From: Marsupella aquatica
Taxonomy: Eukaryota > Plantae > Marchantiophyta
Assembly: GCA_973895155.1 (NCBI GenBank)
Contig: OZ316894.1
Coordinates: forward strand, 5,170,944 to 5,234,943
DNA length: 64,000 bases
Reading direction: 5' to 3'
Part shown: in pieces, positions 1 through 13,215 of the stretch
How the letters are laid out: every line of letters begins with the position of its first letter
How positions within the stretch are numbered: the first letter of the stretch is position 1
Made by a program: the position numbers and the translations under genes
The notes under the pieces: model-generated
Seen by the model: only the letters and a program-made list of their open reading frames with translations
The model's database searches: none
Told to the model about the DNA's origin: nothing

Positions 1-17
1 AAATTCATGGAGGCCTC

Positions 18-100
18 TGTTCTCATGGTGGTTGTTAGTAACCCACCTAGCCTGTGTTGTTCTCATGGTGGTTTGTTAGTATCCCACCTAGCTTGTGTTG
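18..100. repeat. Two-copy ~40-bp tandem repeat
   Basis: tgttctcatggtgg(t)ttgttagta(a/t)cccacctagc(c/t)tgtgt starts at 18 and again at 58. Confidence 0.8.
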
Positions 101-3049
101 TCAATAGTAACTGATGTTGAGCAGAAGTGCTCTTGGGGGGGAAGTGAGATGGCCAGGCAATTGCATACTGCGGGGAGTTGGCAAGTCAGTCAATTAGTTG
201 GATTTCAATTAGTGTGCAAGTTGAGGGGAAAGTGATGGGTTGGACATGGAAAAGGTGCACCCTACAGTGGCCTGTGAAGTTGCCGCTCATAGTTAGGAAA
301 AGATGTCCTATGAAGGTACTTCTCATGGTTAGTAAAAGATGTCAAAGTAATGCAACCTCACCTTAATCGAACTGCCAAGGAGGCATGACATTTTGTAAAG
401 CACACTATGAGAAAGAAATAGTAGGATTGCACATTATAGTGTTTAGGAAGATACAATATCATATACTCTGAGTCCCTTCAATTTTCAGGCACTTTCATCA
501 GTTCCCTATCAGTCAATTTATCATTCACTCCCATCAGAGGTCTTGCTTGTTTAGAAAACTCTATCAGGCAGTCCCTTAGGCAAATTTCTTCTCCGCTGAT
601 CTTGCTGAATGGCCTTTTCTTTCAGTAGTCTTGCCATGGAGGAAAATTCCACTCAGCTGATCTGGCCGACTCATTGTTTTGCTTGGCGGCCTCAATGACT
701 GGACATTTTTAGGGGAAAGAATCCACTTGTCCAAACTTCACTCCTTCAACTCGACAGCCCCGCTCAGGAGGACGGATCTTTACAAAAAGCACTGATGGAG
801 AGACTGATACCTGATACCAACTACTGATAACCTAATGGGGTTATGACACTCGGTGTCATGTTAGTTGCATTGCTTGGTCTGGGAGTAAGGACGAGTGGAA
901 AGGTAGCTGAACACCTGAGTCACAAGTATGACCTATTGATCACTCAACCTGGCAATTAAAGATTTGCTCTGGAGTCAAGCTATGAAGCTACAAAGTACTC
1001 TGTAGGTAATGTTTTGCGTGTTAAGTTGAAGTAACAGGTATGCCCTTTTGAGAGGTTTGGAAAATCCTCCCCATTTGTTGAGAAGAAATGAGCTGCCTCT
1101 AATATATCTTTTCAAGTTAGCAAAACCCTTGAAGGAGGCCTTGCTATGTGCATGGTTAACCAATTTCAGAGGAGAAGCAAAGTGAGATCTTACCAGGGTA
1201 TTTTCTAGGGTGTTTTTGTTGATTTGCCTAGGCAGTGAATGTTACCATGTGTCAAGGAGGAGATGCTACAAAATTCATGTGTCCATCCAAGTACCATTGT
1301 CAAACATTTTTGTCCGTCCCGCTTCCACTTCCAATAAATGTTTTATTGATCTTTTTCATGGTTTCTTTCCTTTCTTTACTATCCTATATATCCCCCACAC
1401 TAGTGGAAATTACTAATCTGCCCCCAAAACTAAACTAATTATCAGATTGCCCCCATTTCGTGTACCGGCTGGCTTAGCTCGACTATACTGACCCAAGATT
1501 ACTGGCATGCCAATGGGTTGCGCCCCACTTAAACGGCTGGAGGGGGTTAGCTTGGACAAATTATGTGCCTCAAACTATGAGCCTCCGTCCACTTGTCCCA
1601 AGACAAAATACGTGGCATCTTGGGCTTGTCTAGTCTGGTTGAGCCAAACCACATACAAAATGGGGGCATCCTGGTGATGCATTAGTTTTGGAGGCAGGTT
1701 ATTAAATCTTCATATTTTCATTTGAGTTCAAACTCAATTACCTACTGTCTTCCGGGGTCATTCAAGGGGGCATTCTCTTCATATAGAAAGTCTGGACCTT
1801 CAATTTGAGTTTCAACAATAAATATTGTAACATTTTTCTGTTGTAGGTCAAACTGACCTACCAACTTCCCCTGAACAGGTGGCCCAGGCCTTGTATTCGA
1901 ATAGTGCATGAGGGGGGAGTTCTACTGAAATCAAAAGCCCAATGGTAGACCTTCTATTTGCCTTTTTCAAACCATAAGTTCTGGCAAGAATCATATAGAG
2001 CCCTGTTTGAAACATGGCTTAGAACTTTTCTAATGGAGACAAGGCCAAGTTTGTCTCACTACATTGAAGGAAAAGATTGCATGTGCAAACATAACAACAA
2101 AAATTCAATTCACTTCATATACCAGGCCTATCTTCCAACACAAAGTCCAGGTGTTCTATTACAGGATAGCCTCATGTTTTAAGAGAACACTTTTTGTCGG
2201 ACTCCATGTTTCTGTAATTTTTCAACTCTACAATGCATGTTAACTTCAAATCCTCATTTCCATCAATTTTGGGAAAAATGGACTTAACCAAGTCCCTCCT
2301 GTGTCTTGTGGACTAGATGGGCACCATAGATGGATTTTAGACTTAACCAGCCAGTGGAATGTCCATAGTAGTTGAGATGTGGTTACACCCCTCACTTGAA
2401 CGCAGTCAACACCAGGTTCTTCTCCACTACGCAGGGTGCGACCACTTGACTCAGAGCACAACCCTTCTTTGGGAAGACTTAATATTTTACTGGTTACAAA
2501 ATGACCCCTATTGGAGCTGAGAATTGCTTGGTGTGATCTATGAAGTTCAAGCTACTTAACAAAAAACGTTTTGTACATTTCCAACACTCAATCCTATATA
2601 CTCAAAATCATGCCTAGTCTGGCTTCGTAGTGCATAATTATGTAGGACTCCACATAGCCAGCCAGTTTGCTAAGAGCATCCCCACCGGACGCGGCAAATA
2701 CGGGGGCAAATAGCTGCCCGGTGAGGGTTTTATGGCAGGGAAGACTGTGGGGGGATATCTTCACCCCCACTGGGACACGATATTTTTTAAAAACACCATC
2801 CCGTCTCGCCAAAATAGACCTCCCGCGCAGCATTCTGCCGCGCACTACCCCTGCCCACTCAAACACTCCATTTGAATCGCACGAAGGAGAGTTGTGAATC
2901 TGGGAAGAAATGGACGGCTCTGCCTTCACTAGGGGGGCGCCATCCTTGTGGTGGAACTGGAGGACTATTGACAGACTGGTGGAACTGTGTTGCTACAGGT
3001 ACGTGTGTTGTGCAGAAATTGCACAATAGAGAGCCTGCGGCACGTTCCC

Positions 3050-6000
3050 TGTGACGGGGTCCCCATCACTCAAAATCACGAATAATGATCGCGGGGTGTT
3101 GCGAGTGTAAATAACCATTGTAAATAAGCCATTTTTTTGTTTTTTTGTTACGACCGTCATTATCGGTTGCTATGCCCCGAAGGTCTCTACATTCTTTGAT
3201 ATCCTAATAGTTTGGAGGCCTAAGGCTTCCCAGCAAGCAAGGACGTTGGGACCTTGAAACTAGGGTCGGTCTAAGTGGACACCTTGTTTCCCTTAGGTCC
3301 TGATTCCTTCTTTCTTTTGTTGAGACCCCAATAAGGTTTAGGAGGAGTGCTAACCTTTACTGAATATGGGAAAAGCGAGGCGCCACCGGGGGGAGCGTTA
3401 AGGTAAGGCTGTAGGGGGGGAGGTAAACCCCCCCAAAAGAAGCTGCCCTAACAAGGCGCGGCGCAGCCGGGGTGCGCTCGGGGATTTAGGGGGGTTAAAA
3501 ATTCCCCATTAGGGAGCCCCCGCGAGATGAAGGAAGCGGTGTTGGGGGGGGGGGGAAATTAAAATTCCCCCTTAAGGGGCACCGCGAGTACTTGTCCCAA
3601 GGAGGCCGGGGTAGCGGGAGGCCGGTGATCAGGAAGGTCGCGGAGGGGGGTTAAATGCCCCTTGAAGTGGCCTGGCAGAGGGCGAGCACTTGGGGGCCCA
3701 TAAGGGGCAGCCCTAGAGCCGCCACGTGGAATCCCCAGGCTGAGCGGGGCGAGCTGGGGCAAGCCAAGGTAAGCCGGAGTTGGGCAGCCAGGGCGAGGGC
3801 AGCCGGGCTGCAGCCGAGGAGTAAGAGGAGTAAAGGAGGTGGGGTATTAAACCCTCCCGTGAGCCCGCGAGCGGGGGTGGCCGCGAGTGGAAGAGGGCTG
3901 CCGGGGGGGAAATTAAATCCCCCAAAGCGGGGCGCAGCACTCTGGAGCGGGGGAGGCACCTTGTACCCTCCCATGAGGGGGACTAAATGGCAGCCGGCAA
4001 GCCGAGGCGCAGGATGGGGCTCTGCGAGTGAAGAGGGGACCGCAGGAGGGAGCGAGCCCTGCATAGGGCCACGCGCCATTAAACGCCCCGCGAGGCAAGA
4101 CAAGCCAGGGCACCGGGGCGCAAGGCGAAAGGAGGTGTCGGGGGCATTTTTTTGTTTTTTTGTTCTTCCCTTCTTTTCTCCCTCTTTTGCACGATCCTCT
4201 CCTTGCCGAAAGCAAAACTCGAGCTCTCTCCCAACACCTTGCCGAAAGCTCTCTCCACATTCTAATTATTTTTGAAGCTCTCTCTCTTAGGGTGGATTGT
4301 TTCCCCAGGACAGGAAGACACTGGATCATCCCTTACCACGGAAATCAGGAGTATTGCCACTACCATCTTGGGGAAACTAACGGAGGGATCATCCTCGGCA
4401 GTTGGGGATGATAATAGAGAGGAAGAAAACCAGGATGAGGACTCCACATTGGAGTGGCTTGAATCACTTGTGGGAAATCCGGAGGAGCCCCTGGTCTGTG
4501 ACATTCCTGATGTCTACCTGGCGGAGTTACGGGAATTCCAGGAGGGAGTCCATGAGGGACTCAAGCTAGTCCACGCATTCAGAGATTCTCTCCAGCAGGC
4601 CACCGCTAGAGTAGAGACTTTGGAGCAGAGTGCCCTGTCTATGAAGGAGGTTATCAAGGCCAAGGAGGAGGCCATTCATGAGAAGGTTAAACTTCTCCAA
4701 GCAGCTCACGTAGAGATTTCCAACTTGAAGGGAGCCTTGTCCACCAAGGCCAAGGAAGCGGAAGAGGTTGGAGTATTGAAACAAGCATTGGCCAAAGAGA
4801 AGCAGAATTCTGGAGAAATGGTGGAGTTAAGAGCCCAGGTGGGAGCACTACGGAGTCAATTGGTGATCTTTGAGACAAGGGCTAAGAGGGGTGAGGCCTT
4901 GAGTCTGGGGAAGCGAAAGAACCCCTGCACACCTAGCTCCACACTTTCCCCGGATTTGATCTCCAGGGCCATTGAGATGGTAGTGAAGGAAGTCAGTGGG
5001 AAGTTTGGGCCACTGTTGGATGCAGCCAAGAAGAGTCAAGAGAAAAGCAAGAGCTTAGAGAAGAAGCTCAGGGAGGTTCGTAAATCGTTATGAGAGGCTC
5101 AGGTCAACACGGGACCCCGGGGACCCCGGGGATGCCGCCCCGATCTGTCACCCCTGGGACTCCCATGGCCACCGGGCAGGTTTTACCGTTGGAGTTGCGG
5201 TCCGGTGAAGAGGCGGCCTTATGGAAGGACACCATTGGTGAGGGGTACATTAAGGCGTGGCAGGCCTTGGCCAATTTGAGAAAGCAGGGGAACACTAGCA
5301 CAAGGAGTACCCCAGTAAAGAAGAAGAGGAGTGAAGTGACACTCACTCTAGTGGATAGTGATGAGGAGGCCCACTCACGGGGCTCAAGCCAAGGCACCGT
5401 GAGTGAAGAGGAGGAGGATTAGAGTGGTCGTACGGACGTGGTTGTACGGCCCCTAGACTTTCCAACTTTTTTGTGAGGGGTCACTCACGGTCTCGTTGGA
5501 AAGAGCTCGCGGAGCTGATTCCAACAAGGGGCGGCGCTCCTCAAACGGGGCCAGGATGAGCAGGTTATGGCCCGACGAAGTTGTGTCACGGGATACGGAA
5601 ACGGCCATAACTTGGTCGTCCGATGTCCGTTTCGAGAGCGGTTGAGTGATTCGTGCTCAGGAGGGGGAGAGCTACCCAGGGGTGAACTCAGAAGTGCAAG
5701 TGGAAGGGCACCTAATTTCGGCCATTGTGGGGTTCCTTGCCATTTCACGGTTCACGGAGTAACGTTGGGGCACCGTCGAAGGCACTGTCGGCCCCATTGT
5801 TAGTTTAGGGTTTAGGGTTTTAGAAGCATGTGTGTGCCGCATGCTTTTAGGTTAGGGGTTCCTTAGTAAAGGGTTTATCGGCGCCGCGAGGGTAGCCGCC
5901 ATCCTTGTGACCCCGTGAGGGGTGCTTTGGTGTGTTTTTTCAGTATTTAGGGGAGGTTCACAGAGTAGTGGGGGGGAACTCAGTCTAGTGTTTGCTTAGG

Positions 6001-6524
6001 GAAGTTAGCTCATAGCCAGAAGAGGGAATCAAGCCAGAGTAGTGAGGTAGAGGTGTAGCACTTGCCCCAGTGAGGCAGTAGTTGGGCAGACGGCAGGAGG
6101 CCGGGTTGTCCTTGCAATGTGTTACGACGTTTTGCCAAAAGATATGGATTTGGTTTGATTCCTCAAGTTTTGGTGTGGTGTTACCTTTTCTAGTTCACGA
6201 TTGTGTTCTTTCCACAAGAAACATCTAAGGAATCCTTGCACGGTTTGGTTAACCATGTGAGTAGGGAGGGGTGGTGACAGCACTCCATCGACGACCAGTA
6301 GGAGTGTGTGTGTGGCGTAGTCCATGGGACTTGATCAAAAGTAGAGCGGCTAGTCGGTAGACTTGATCAAAAATTACATTTCCGGGAGCGGAAATAAACA
6401 TACTCATCCTACATGCAATAGAATCCTAATAGCGTCCCTTCACGTTCCCGTCATACGATAACAAACGATTTTAGTAGGAGTAAATACGTATTCAGCGTGT
6501 AAATCGTTTGATAAGCAGGTGACA
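3050..6524 (+). mobile_element. Family A TG...CA unit (solo-LTR-like, 3475 bp) with 5-bp TSD TTCCC
   Basis: Starts tgtgac, ends gtgaca. TTCCC at 3045-3049 and 6525-6529. Empty site gtacgttcccctcgtgacc at ~37137-37155. No PBS, PPT or pol. Confidence 0.88.
4272..5422 (+). CDS. Coiled-coil protein of unknown function inside unit A (two ORFs overlapping at ATGA, or one frameshifted gene)
   Basis: ORFs 4272..5093 (273 aa, E/K/L heptad-rich) and 5090..5422 (110 aa, PVKKKRS NLS-like motif, acidic tail). True start uncertain because the first ORF opens at TTG. Confidence 0.5.
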
Positions 6525-7120
6525 TTCCCCTCGTGACCAGAGATAGCAACAATGGTAGACACAACCAAAGCAAGAGGCAGAATTTCTCATCTGCAGAGTT
6601 GAAGCAGTTGGTTTGTTCGTGGATGCATGTCTTGCAAGACCCAATCATCGGATCTGGGCAAAAGAATGACGCATTTTGGGATCGAACTACAATCCACTAC
6701 AACGACAATCGACCCAAGGACACACAGAAGAGGAACTGTTGATCTCTGGGGAGCAAGTGGAGCGACTTGAAACACGACGTTGCCAAGTTTTAAGGGTCGT
6801 ATGCATCTGTAGTTGATGTTGGTCATTCCGGTGAGAACAAGGAAGATACTGTGGCCAGGGCAAAGGAGTTGTATGTGACAAAGCATCCGAAGGCAAAGGA
6901 TTTCAGCTACCTTGACCAGTGGTATTTGTTGAAAGATTGTCCTAGATTTGCAATGACTATGGATGACATGAAGCAGAAAGTTGCACAAAAGAAGGCTAGG
7001 AAGTAGAAGGGAAAGGGAAAGGGCTTCCCTGATGACAAAGAAAATGAGTCTCCAGATGCAGAGTGTGGTGGACAGCAGGTTGAGAATGAGCAAGGCCAAA
7101 GGCAGAGCACTGGAGAGCTT

Positions 7121-10100
7121 CTTGGGAAAATATTTTTTATAATAAAAGGTGAGACCGCGAAAACCCCACGGCCGGGGGGAAGCAAACAGCCCCATAGATA
7201 AATCAGAACAACTCCCTCAGGGAGGCCAGCGGCAAAAGCAAAGGCCAGAATCACAATAAAAAAAAGGGGGGACTAAACCTAGTGGCCCAAAATGTGAGTG
7301 ACCCATACATCATGTCAACTTCTAGAGCCCTAGAGCCGGTAAAGCGAGGTATCCCATTCAACCTCTTCCAATAGCTATCACTCCTAGACCAGCAACGCAG
7401 CCACAGAGGTGACTCTGCCAGTACTCCTAGCAAACCACTGTCGTCGTTCTAAAGCTATGAGATCCCTAGCCTTAGCCAGTCTGATGCGCCGCCCACCAAT
7501 GGGGAGGCACCAGCCCGCAGCCCGCAAGTGAGTCTCGGTTTCCGATAGGACCAGCCCAAAATCAAATACTCGGATCACCTTTTTCTCAAAAATCTGCTCA
7601 TTTCGTCCCATCCATAGAGCCCACAACATTTGATAATGCAGGAAAAGGCAGGCAGATTGGGTGTGTGTTCTGGAATCAGTAGCAACAAGGAGTTCCAGGC
7701 TACCCCAACCCTTGCCAAACAGTTGTCTCAAGGAGCTGGACTCTCCGATTCCCCAACAGAGCATGGCGTGAGCACAGCCAAAGAAAAGGTGGGGGATGCT
7801 TTCAATTCTCCCAGGGCAAACATGGCATATACCTGAGCCTGCACCAATCTTAGCAGCCCAAGATCCCGTGAAGAGACCACCAACTATCAAGCGCCAAATG
7901 AATGTTTTTGCCCTGGAAGACAAATCAGAAGTCCAAATTCGAGTCCAGACAGAATTCCATTCTGTTTCTGATCGCCTGCATCCCCAAATTCGATTCCATC
8001 TCTCAAAGTCAGTGCTTTTGTCCCTCAAGAGTTCGTAAGCTCGCTGGTTGTTAATTCGAAAGGACTTTGAGAAATCCCGAGTGTCAGCCCAACGCCACTG
8101 CCTAGCACCCGGTTCCAGGTCCAGCCAGCAGGAGTGGCCACGATGGATGACATCCAGTATGAGTGCACACTATGACTTACATTCTTCAGAGACACCTCTA
8201 AGATAATGCCAGCGACAAGAAAGGTCGATCCATACCCCTGAGCCCCCAGACCAGCAGTCAGCTATTTTCCTGATTCCTAGTCTCCCTAAGGTCTTTGTGA
8301 CCTCCTCCAAATCAGTGACCGGCCAGGAGTGGGGCCCGGCGAGACATCAAATAGAGTCCTGAATGCTCCATCTGCCAGGTATACCGTCCACACCGGGCAC
8401 AAAAGAGAGGCCACGCCTTAAGGCCTCCCAAGCCATCCATAGGCCCCATGTGTAAGGCATTCCTCCGCTAGCCCGTGGCGAACACATCAGTAACTTATCC
8501 TGGAAAGTGTAATTGTTCCGACGTATCACCTTGTAAAGCCTCCAGCCCATGAGATCAAGGTTAGCCTGCAGCAATAGCGACCATTCAGCAGTGGGGCAAT
8601 CCAGAGCCTTCATGAACCATTGGGGAAGTAGAGCCTCAGAGTGAGTGCGGAAGTCTTTGAAACCAAGTCCGCCATCTGTTTTAGGCCTAGCCATCTTCGT
8701 CCAAGCCACCAGAGGAGTCTTCTTGTTCCCCTCATGATTATAGCCCCACAGAAAGTCCCTGCAAAGCGCCACCAATTTCTTTGCCAGCCCAACAGATGAT
8801 CGCAAGTGCATCACATGGTAGATAGGGATAGCCAACAAAACCTGTTTAATCAGCAGAGTCCTTCCTGTGAATGAGATCAGTTTGTTAGCCCAAGAAGCCA
8901 ATCTCTTAGCGATCTTGTCTAAACAGAATTTGTGAATTTGATCCGCCCCAAGCTCTAGTCCGAATGGCGCCCCAAGATAGATCTGCAGCTCTCCTGCTTT
9001 GCTGATCCTGCATTCAGTTTTGCTTAGCCATTCTCGATGCGCTCAAGCACGAATGGTATGATAATCGATTTTTGGAGATTCAGTCTAGCACCAGACGCGC
9101 ACTCATAGCAGGCCAGCGCTGCTCTAGCCTCAGAGAATGCAGTCTCACATGCAGGGATAAACATTCCAACATCGTCTGCAAAGAGTCTGAAGCAGATAGT
9201 ACATTGTTCGCTGATCTTGACTCCCTGCACTCTTCCTTCTTTGATCTCTGAATCTAAGAACGTCATCAGCGGTTGGGTGGACAGCACAAAGAGTAAGGGA
9301 GAGAGGGGGCAGCCCTGCCTCACCCCCCTACGCAACACAATTGCCTCTGAGATAAGCCCATTCACAGCCACCCGTGAAGAAGCCGTCGAGAGCAAAGCTT
9401 GAACTAGCTGAATGGTCCAACTACTGAACCCCAGGAGAAGCATTGTTTCCCACAAGTAATCGTGATTTACCCTGTCAAAAGCTTTTTCAAAGTCTAGCTT
9501 CAGAAAGAGTGTCGGACGTCTTGCGAGCCCATTCGCCAGTGAGCCATGCTACCGATATATTCTCTAAGATGTGACGGCCAGGGATGAACCCAGTTTGCTG
9601 CTTGTTAATCAACTTAGGGATGACCAATTGCATCCGGGCAGCCAAAAGCTTAGCAATCAATTTATAAATCGTATTTAGCATGGTCAGTGGTCTCCAATCT
9701 TTCAAGAATCTTTTGTCCTCTTTCTTGCGTATCAGCTTGATAATGCCCAGCTTGATGCTTGCCGCTAGCTTGCCTGTTAACCAGTAGTCTTGTATCATCT
9801 CCAGCAAATCCGTGTGAATATAATCCCAGCCTGCCCTGAAGACCTCTGCCGTTAGTCCGTCTGGTCTTGGAGTCTTATCAAGTGGGAGAGACCAAAGTCC
9901 ATCTTTAACCTCTTTTACCGATGGGATTTCTTCCATCATGCGAATCTCAGCTGCAGTAAGAGAGTGTCTTGTTTTCTCCAGCAGCCGCTTCCGAGCAGCC
10001 AAACAATCCTAGTGTTCCGAGTAAGAAAGTGACTCAGGGGAGTATAGATTGTTGCAGTGCTTTTCCACTTCTCTCATTATCAGCGCTGGGTCCACTATGG

Positions 10101-13100
10101 TCAAGTCATCCTCCCTTTGCAGGAAGGACATCTTCTCTCGGTCTCGTTTGGCTTTAATCGTAGCGAAATAGAATTTAGTGCTTTCTTCCCCTTCTCCAAG
10201 CCATTTAATTCGTGCCAATCTTCTGCCTAGCATCGCTTCCTCCATTTCAGCCAGGTGAAGCTGATCTTCCGCCAGGACGTACTCCGTCACTGTTTCCTCA
10301 GAGTTGAATTCTTCTAACGTCTCCTTCAGATTCCGTAGTTGGGCTCTTAAGAAGTTCATTTCTTCTTCCTTCTTCTTTGGTAGCGCCTGTATTTCCTTGT
10401 AAGCCTTCCGTAGTGAGCTGCAAGCTATGGCAAATCTCGCGTGTGGATCCCTAGCATTGTCCTTTCCGGTCCTCCAGGCAGCTTCGAGCTTCTCCCTGTT
10501 TTCCTCTTTTCTCAGTACAGTGGGGTCAGCCTTAAAGAGGTGAACCCGGTCCAACCCTTCGCACTCCCCAGCCTCCTGGAGTCGAAGTTCCAACAGGATA
10601 GGGTCATGATCAGAAAGCGTGGACCCACCATCGTGCATGAGGCAGACCAGACCACAGACCCACCAGCCTCCATCGCTAACGTAGAAGTGATCCAACCTTG
10701 ATTGCATCAGCTCCTCTCCTCTCCACCTCCTCCATGTGAATAGAGAACCAGACTTTAGCCCTCCGATCTTCATTGCATCCACCAGATCAAACCTGGTTGT
10801 CAGGAAGCGCCAAAATTCTGATTCCAGCCCCCTAATAAGCGAAGATCCTCCCGTTGAGTCCGCACAATCTTCCGTCATGTTGAAATCCCTGCATATAATC
10901 CAATACGCCTGAGGTAGAGCCAATTTGAGTTCATGCCATACAGCCGCTCGAGATCTGGCTGAGTTTGGTGCATAAATGTTGGCAATTCCAATCGGCCCTT
11001 TCTTATGTTCCAGAATTACCCATACAACTCTTCCTAAATCTAAGATTCCCTGATTAAGCACCTTCCACTTCGGGTGAATAGATAGCGTCGATCCCCCTCT
11101 GCCCTCCTCTGGTTCAGACATAAAGTGGTGGTAATCAGGTAGAATTGCTCGAAGTGCTATATCTAATCTAAAGCTATCTGTCTTGACTTCTTGAAGAGCC
11201 AGCGCTCCAAGTGGAGCAGTTAATCCTTTTATCCACTGTTTGACTAGTTGTTTCCTATTTGGTTCACCTAACCCACATACATTCCATGAAGCCATTCTCA
11301 GCCGGTCCTCCATCTTCTTAGAGCGCAAGGAGGCTCCCAGAATTCAAAGTTAGCGATTAGATACGGGGGCGCCCTCCAGGAGAAGCACCCCCCCCACCAC
11401 TCATGGGCGTTGAAGGCCGTGAGGACACAGTATAGCCATTCTTATCAGTGGGTCGAATAGCCAGGTTCTTCAGAGGCGAGGTCCTCCCTTCCGATCTACC
11501 ATCCGCAGATCTAGGTCTCTCCTTGTCCCAGCGTCCTTGCTCCCGATCGATCCCTTCCAATTGCTCCTCAGAACCTGCATCCATCAGATTATCGTGTGAG
11601 AACAGGAGAGAACGTTGCTTTTTCCCTTCTAATTTCTCTTTATTAATCTTTTCTCTCTGGGGTGTCCTCATTTCCTGCTTTCGTGCGCGCGCCTTAGCCT
11701 GGCTCCGGAGGATGTATTCATCATATTCAGACATCTCAATATCTGAGTCCCCATGATAGGAGAACGCTTCCTCTCCTCCAGCGCTTGAGTTAGGAGTAGC
11801 AGGGATTTGTCCAGACGGCTTTACAGTTCGTCCTAAGGGCACAGGTTCAAAGCTCGATGCTCCCGGGTCAAGTCTTCCCATGGGACGACTGACAGTGTTG
11901 CTTTCCTTCGAGGCATTCCCTGAGACTTGTAGAGGTGCAATGGACCTGTAGTCTGTTCCCTCGCGAGGGAACAAGGGCTCCCTCACACGGCCCTGCAGGC
12001 TCAAATTGATAACCCCACCACTATGAGCAACAAGCAAGTTAGATCGTGCACCCCGAGATTCTAAATCTTGCTCAATTTCTGCATTTTGGTTCATTTCCTC
12101 TCCTTCAAAAGCATCTCCTTCATGGCGTAAGGTGGCGTTTGCACAAACAGCCAAGGGAGGGCCCATCTCTTCAGGTCCGTGGATCTCCGTGATCGTGTTA
12201 TTGAAATCTGTGATCGTGTTATTGAAATCTTGTCCTGTTTCCTTCTTCTCCGGGCCCGAAATCCCACCTTGCCCCTTCCCAGCTTTGTCATTCTCTTGCA
12301 ATCCCGTAGTGCAGTCTCGTGCAAGGTGTCCCTTGACGTTGCATTTGTAGCAGTGGAAGGGAATGTTCCTGAAAATGACTGGTTGCCATATCACAATGTC
12401 TTCTCTCAGTTGAATCCGAACGCTAGCCGGTATTTCTCTTTCGGTATCCCATAAGATACAAGCTCTATCATGTGGGTAAGAGCTGTATTCCTCTCCTTGT
12501 ATGTAGTATAAGAGTGGTCCAAAAGATTCAGCAATCCTCCGGCGGCATCCTTCCAGAATCAAAGCTCTAAACGGAATTTCAATCCAAACCGGGAGCTTGG
12601 TGAAGCTCTCATTCTTAACATCAAACGCTGGTTCCCATGCAAATGCATATACAAATCTCCTCTCCATGAACCAAGGGGCCGATGCAAGCGCTTCATCTCT
12701 GTGGTCGGGCTGCTCAAAGACCACCAGGTAGAAGTTCCTGCCTACAAACTTAACCTGGACCACCGGCCACCTCATCTCCTTAACCATTGTCTCTTCAATC
12801 CATTCTCTGAAAACCTGCATTAGCGGTGTCCTGTCGGTGAAGTAAAACAAAGCTCCACAGTTGTACAGTTGACGGACGTTAACTGCCGCTTCCTCTAGGC
12901 TCCATTCCATAGTAGTATAGAGGTTGTCTTCCCACTTCTCTTTTGAGTTCTCTGCGATCCCTTTTAGAATTCTAACACATTCTTCTGTAACTTCTTCAGT
13001 CTCCCGTTGGTCCATCATAGTTGCGTCTTGAGGTCGATTGTTTCCATAGTGCCTGCCGCTGAAGGAGCTCATGTGACCCCTATACATGTTTTCCCTTCGA

Positions 13101-13215
13101 TGCTCAATTTGCGCTGGCCCCACTTGAGTTCCATAGTTGAATTCATTCTCTTCGTGCCCACCATCTTCCGCTGTTCTCTGTTTCTCCCATTCTGCCTGTG
13201 CTGATAGGAAAGTAG
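7121..13215 (-). mobile_element. L1-clade LINE retrotransposon, 5'-truncated, 10-bp TSD TGGAGAGCTT
   Basis: TSD at 7111-7120 and 13216-13225; empty site near 37723-37732; ORF1 and ORF2 on the minus strand. Confidence 0.92.
7384..11328 (-). pseudogene. LINE ORF2 (AP endonuclease, reverse transcriptase, zf-RVT), frameshifted
   Basis: SWNVCGL, LQEVK, DFN and SDHDP (EN); WRPLTMLN, GVRQGCPLSPLLF and FADD (RT); CHVC...ESIPHLFFGC (zf-RVT), spread over five ORF fragments. Confidence 0.93.

Noticed and set aside
3559-4329. Overlapping GC-rich ORFs in unit A
   Set aside because: Explained by stop-codon scarcity in the GC-rich motif array; not preserved in the second copy.
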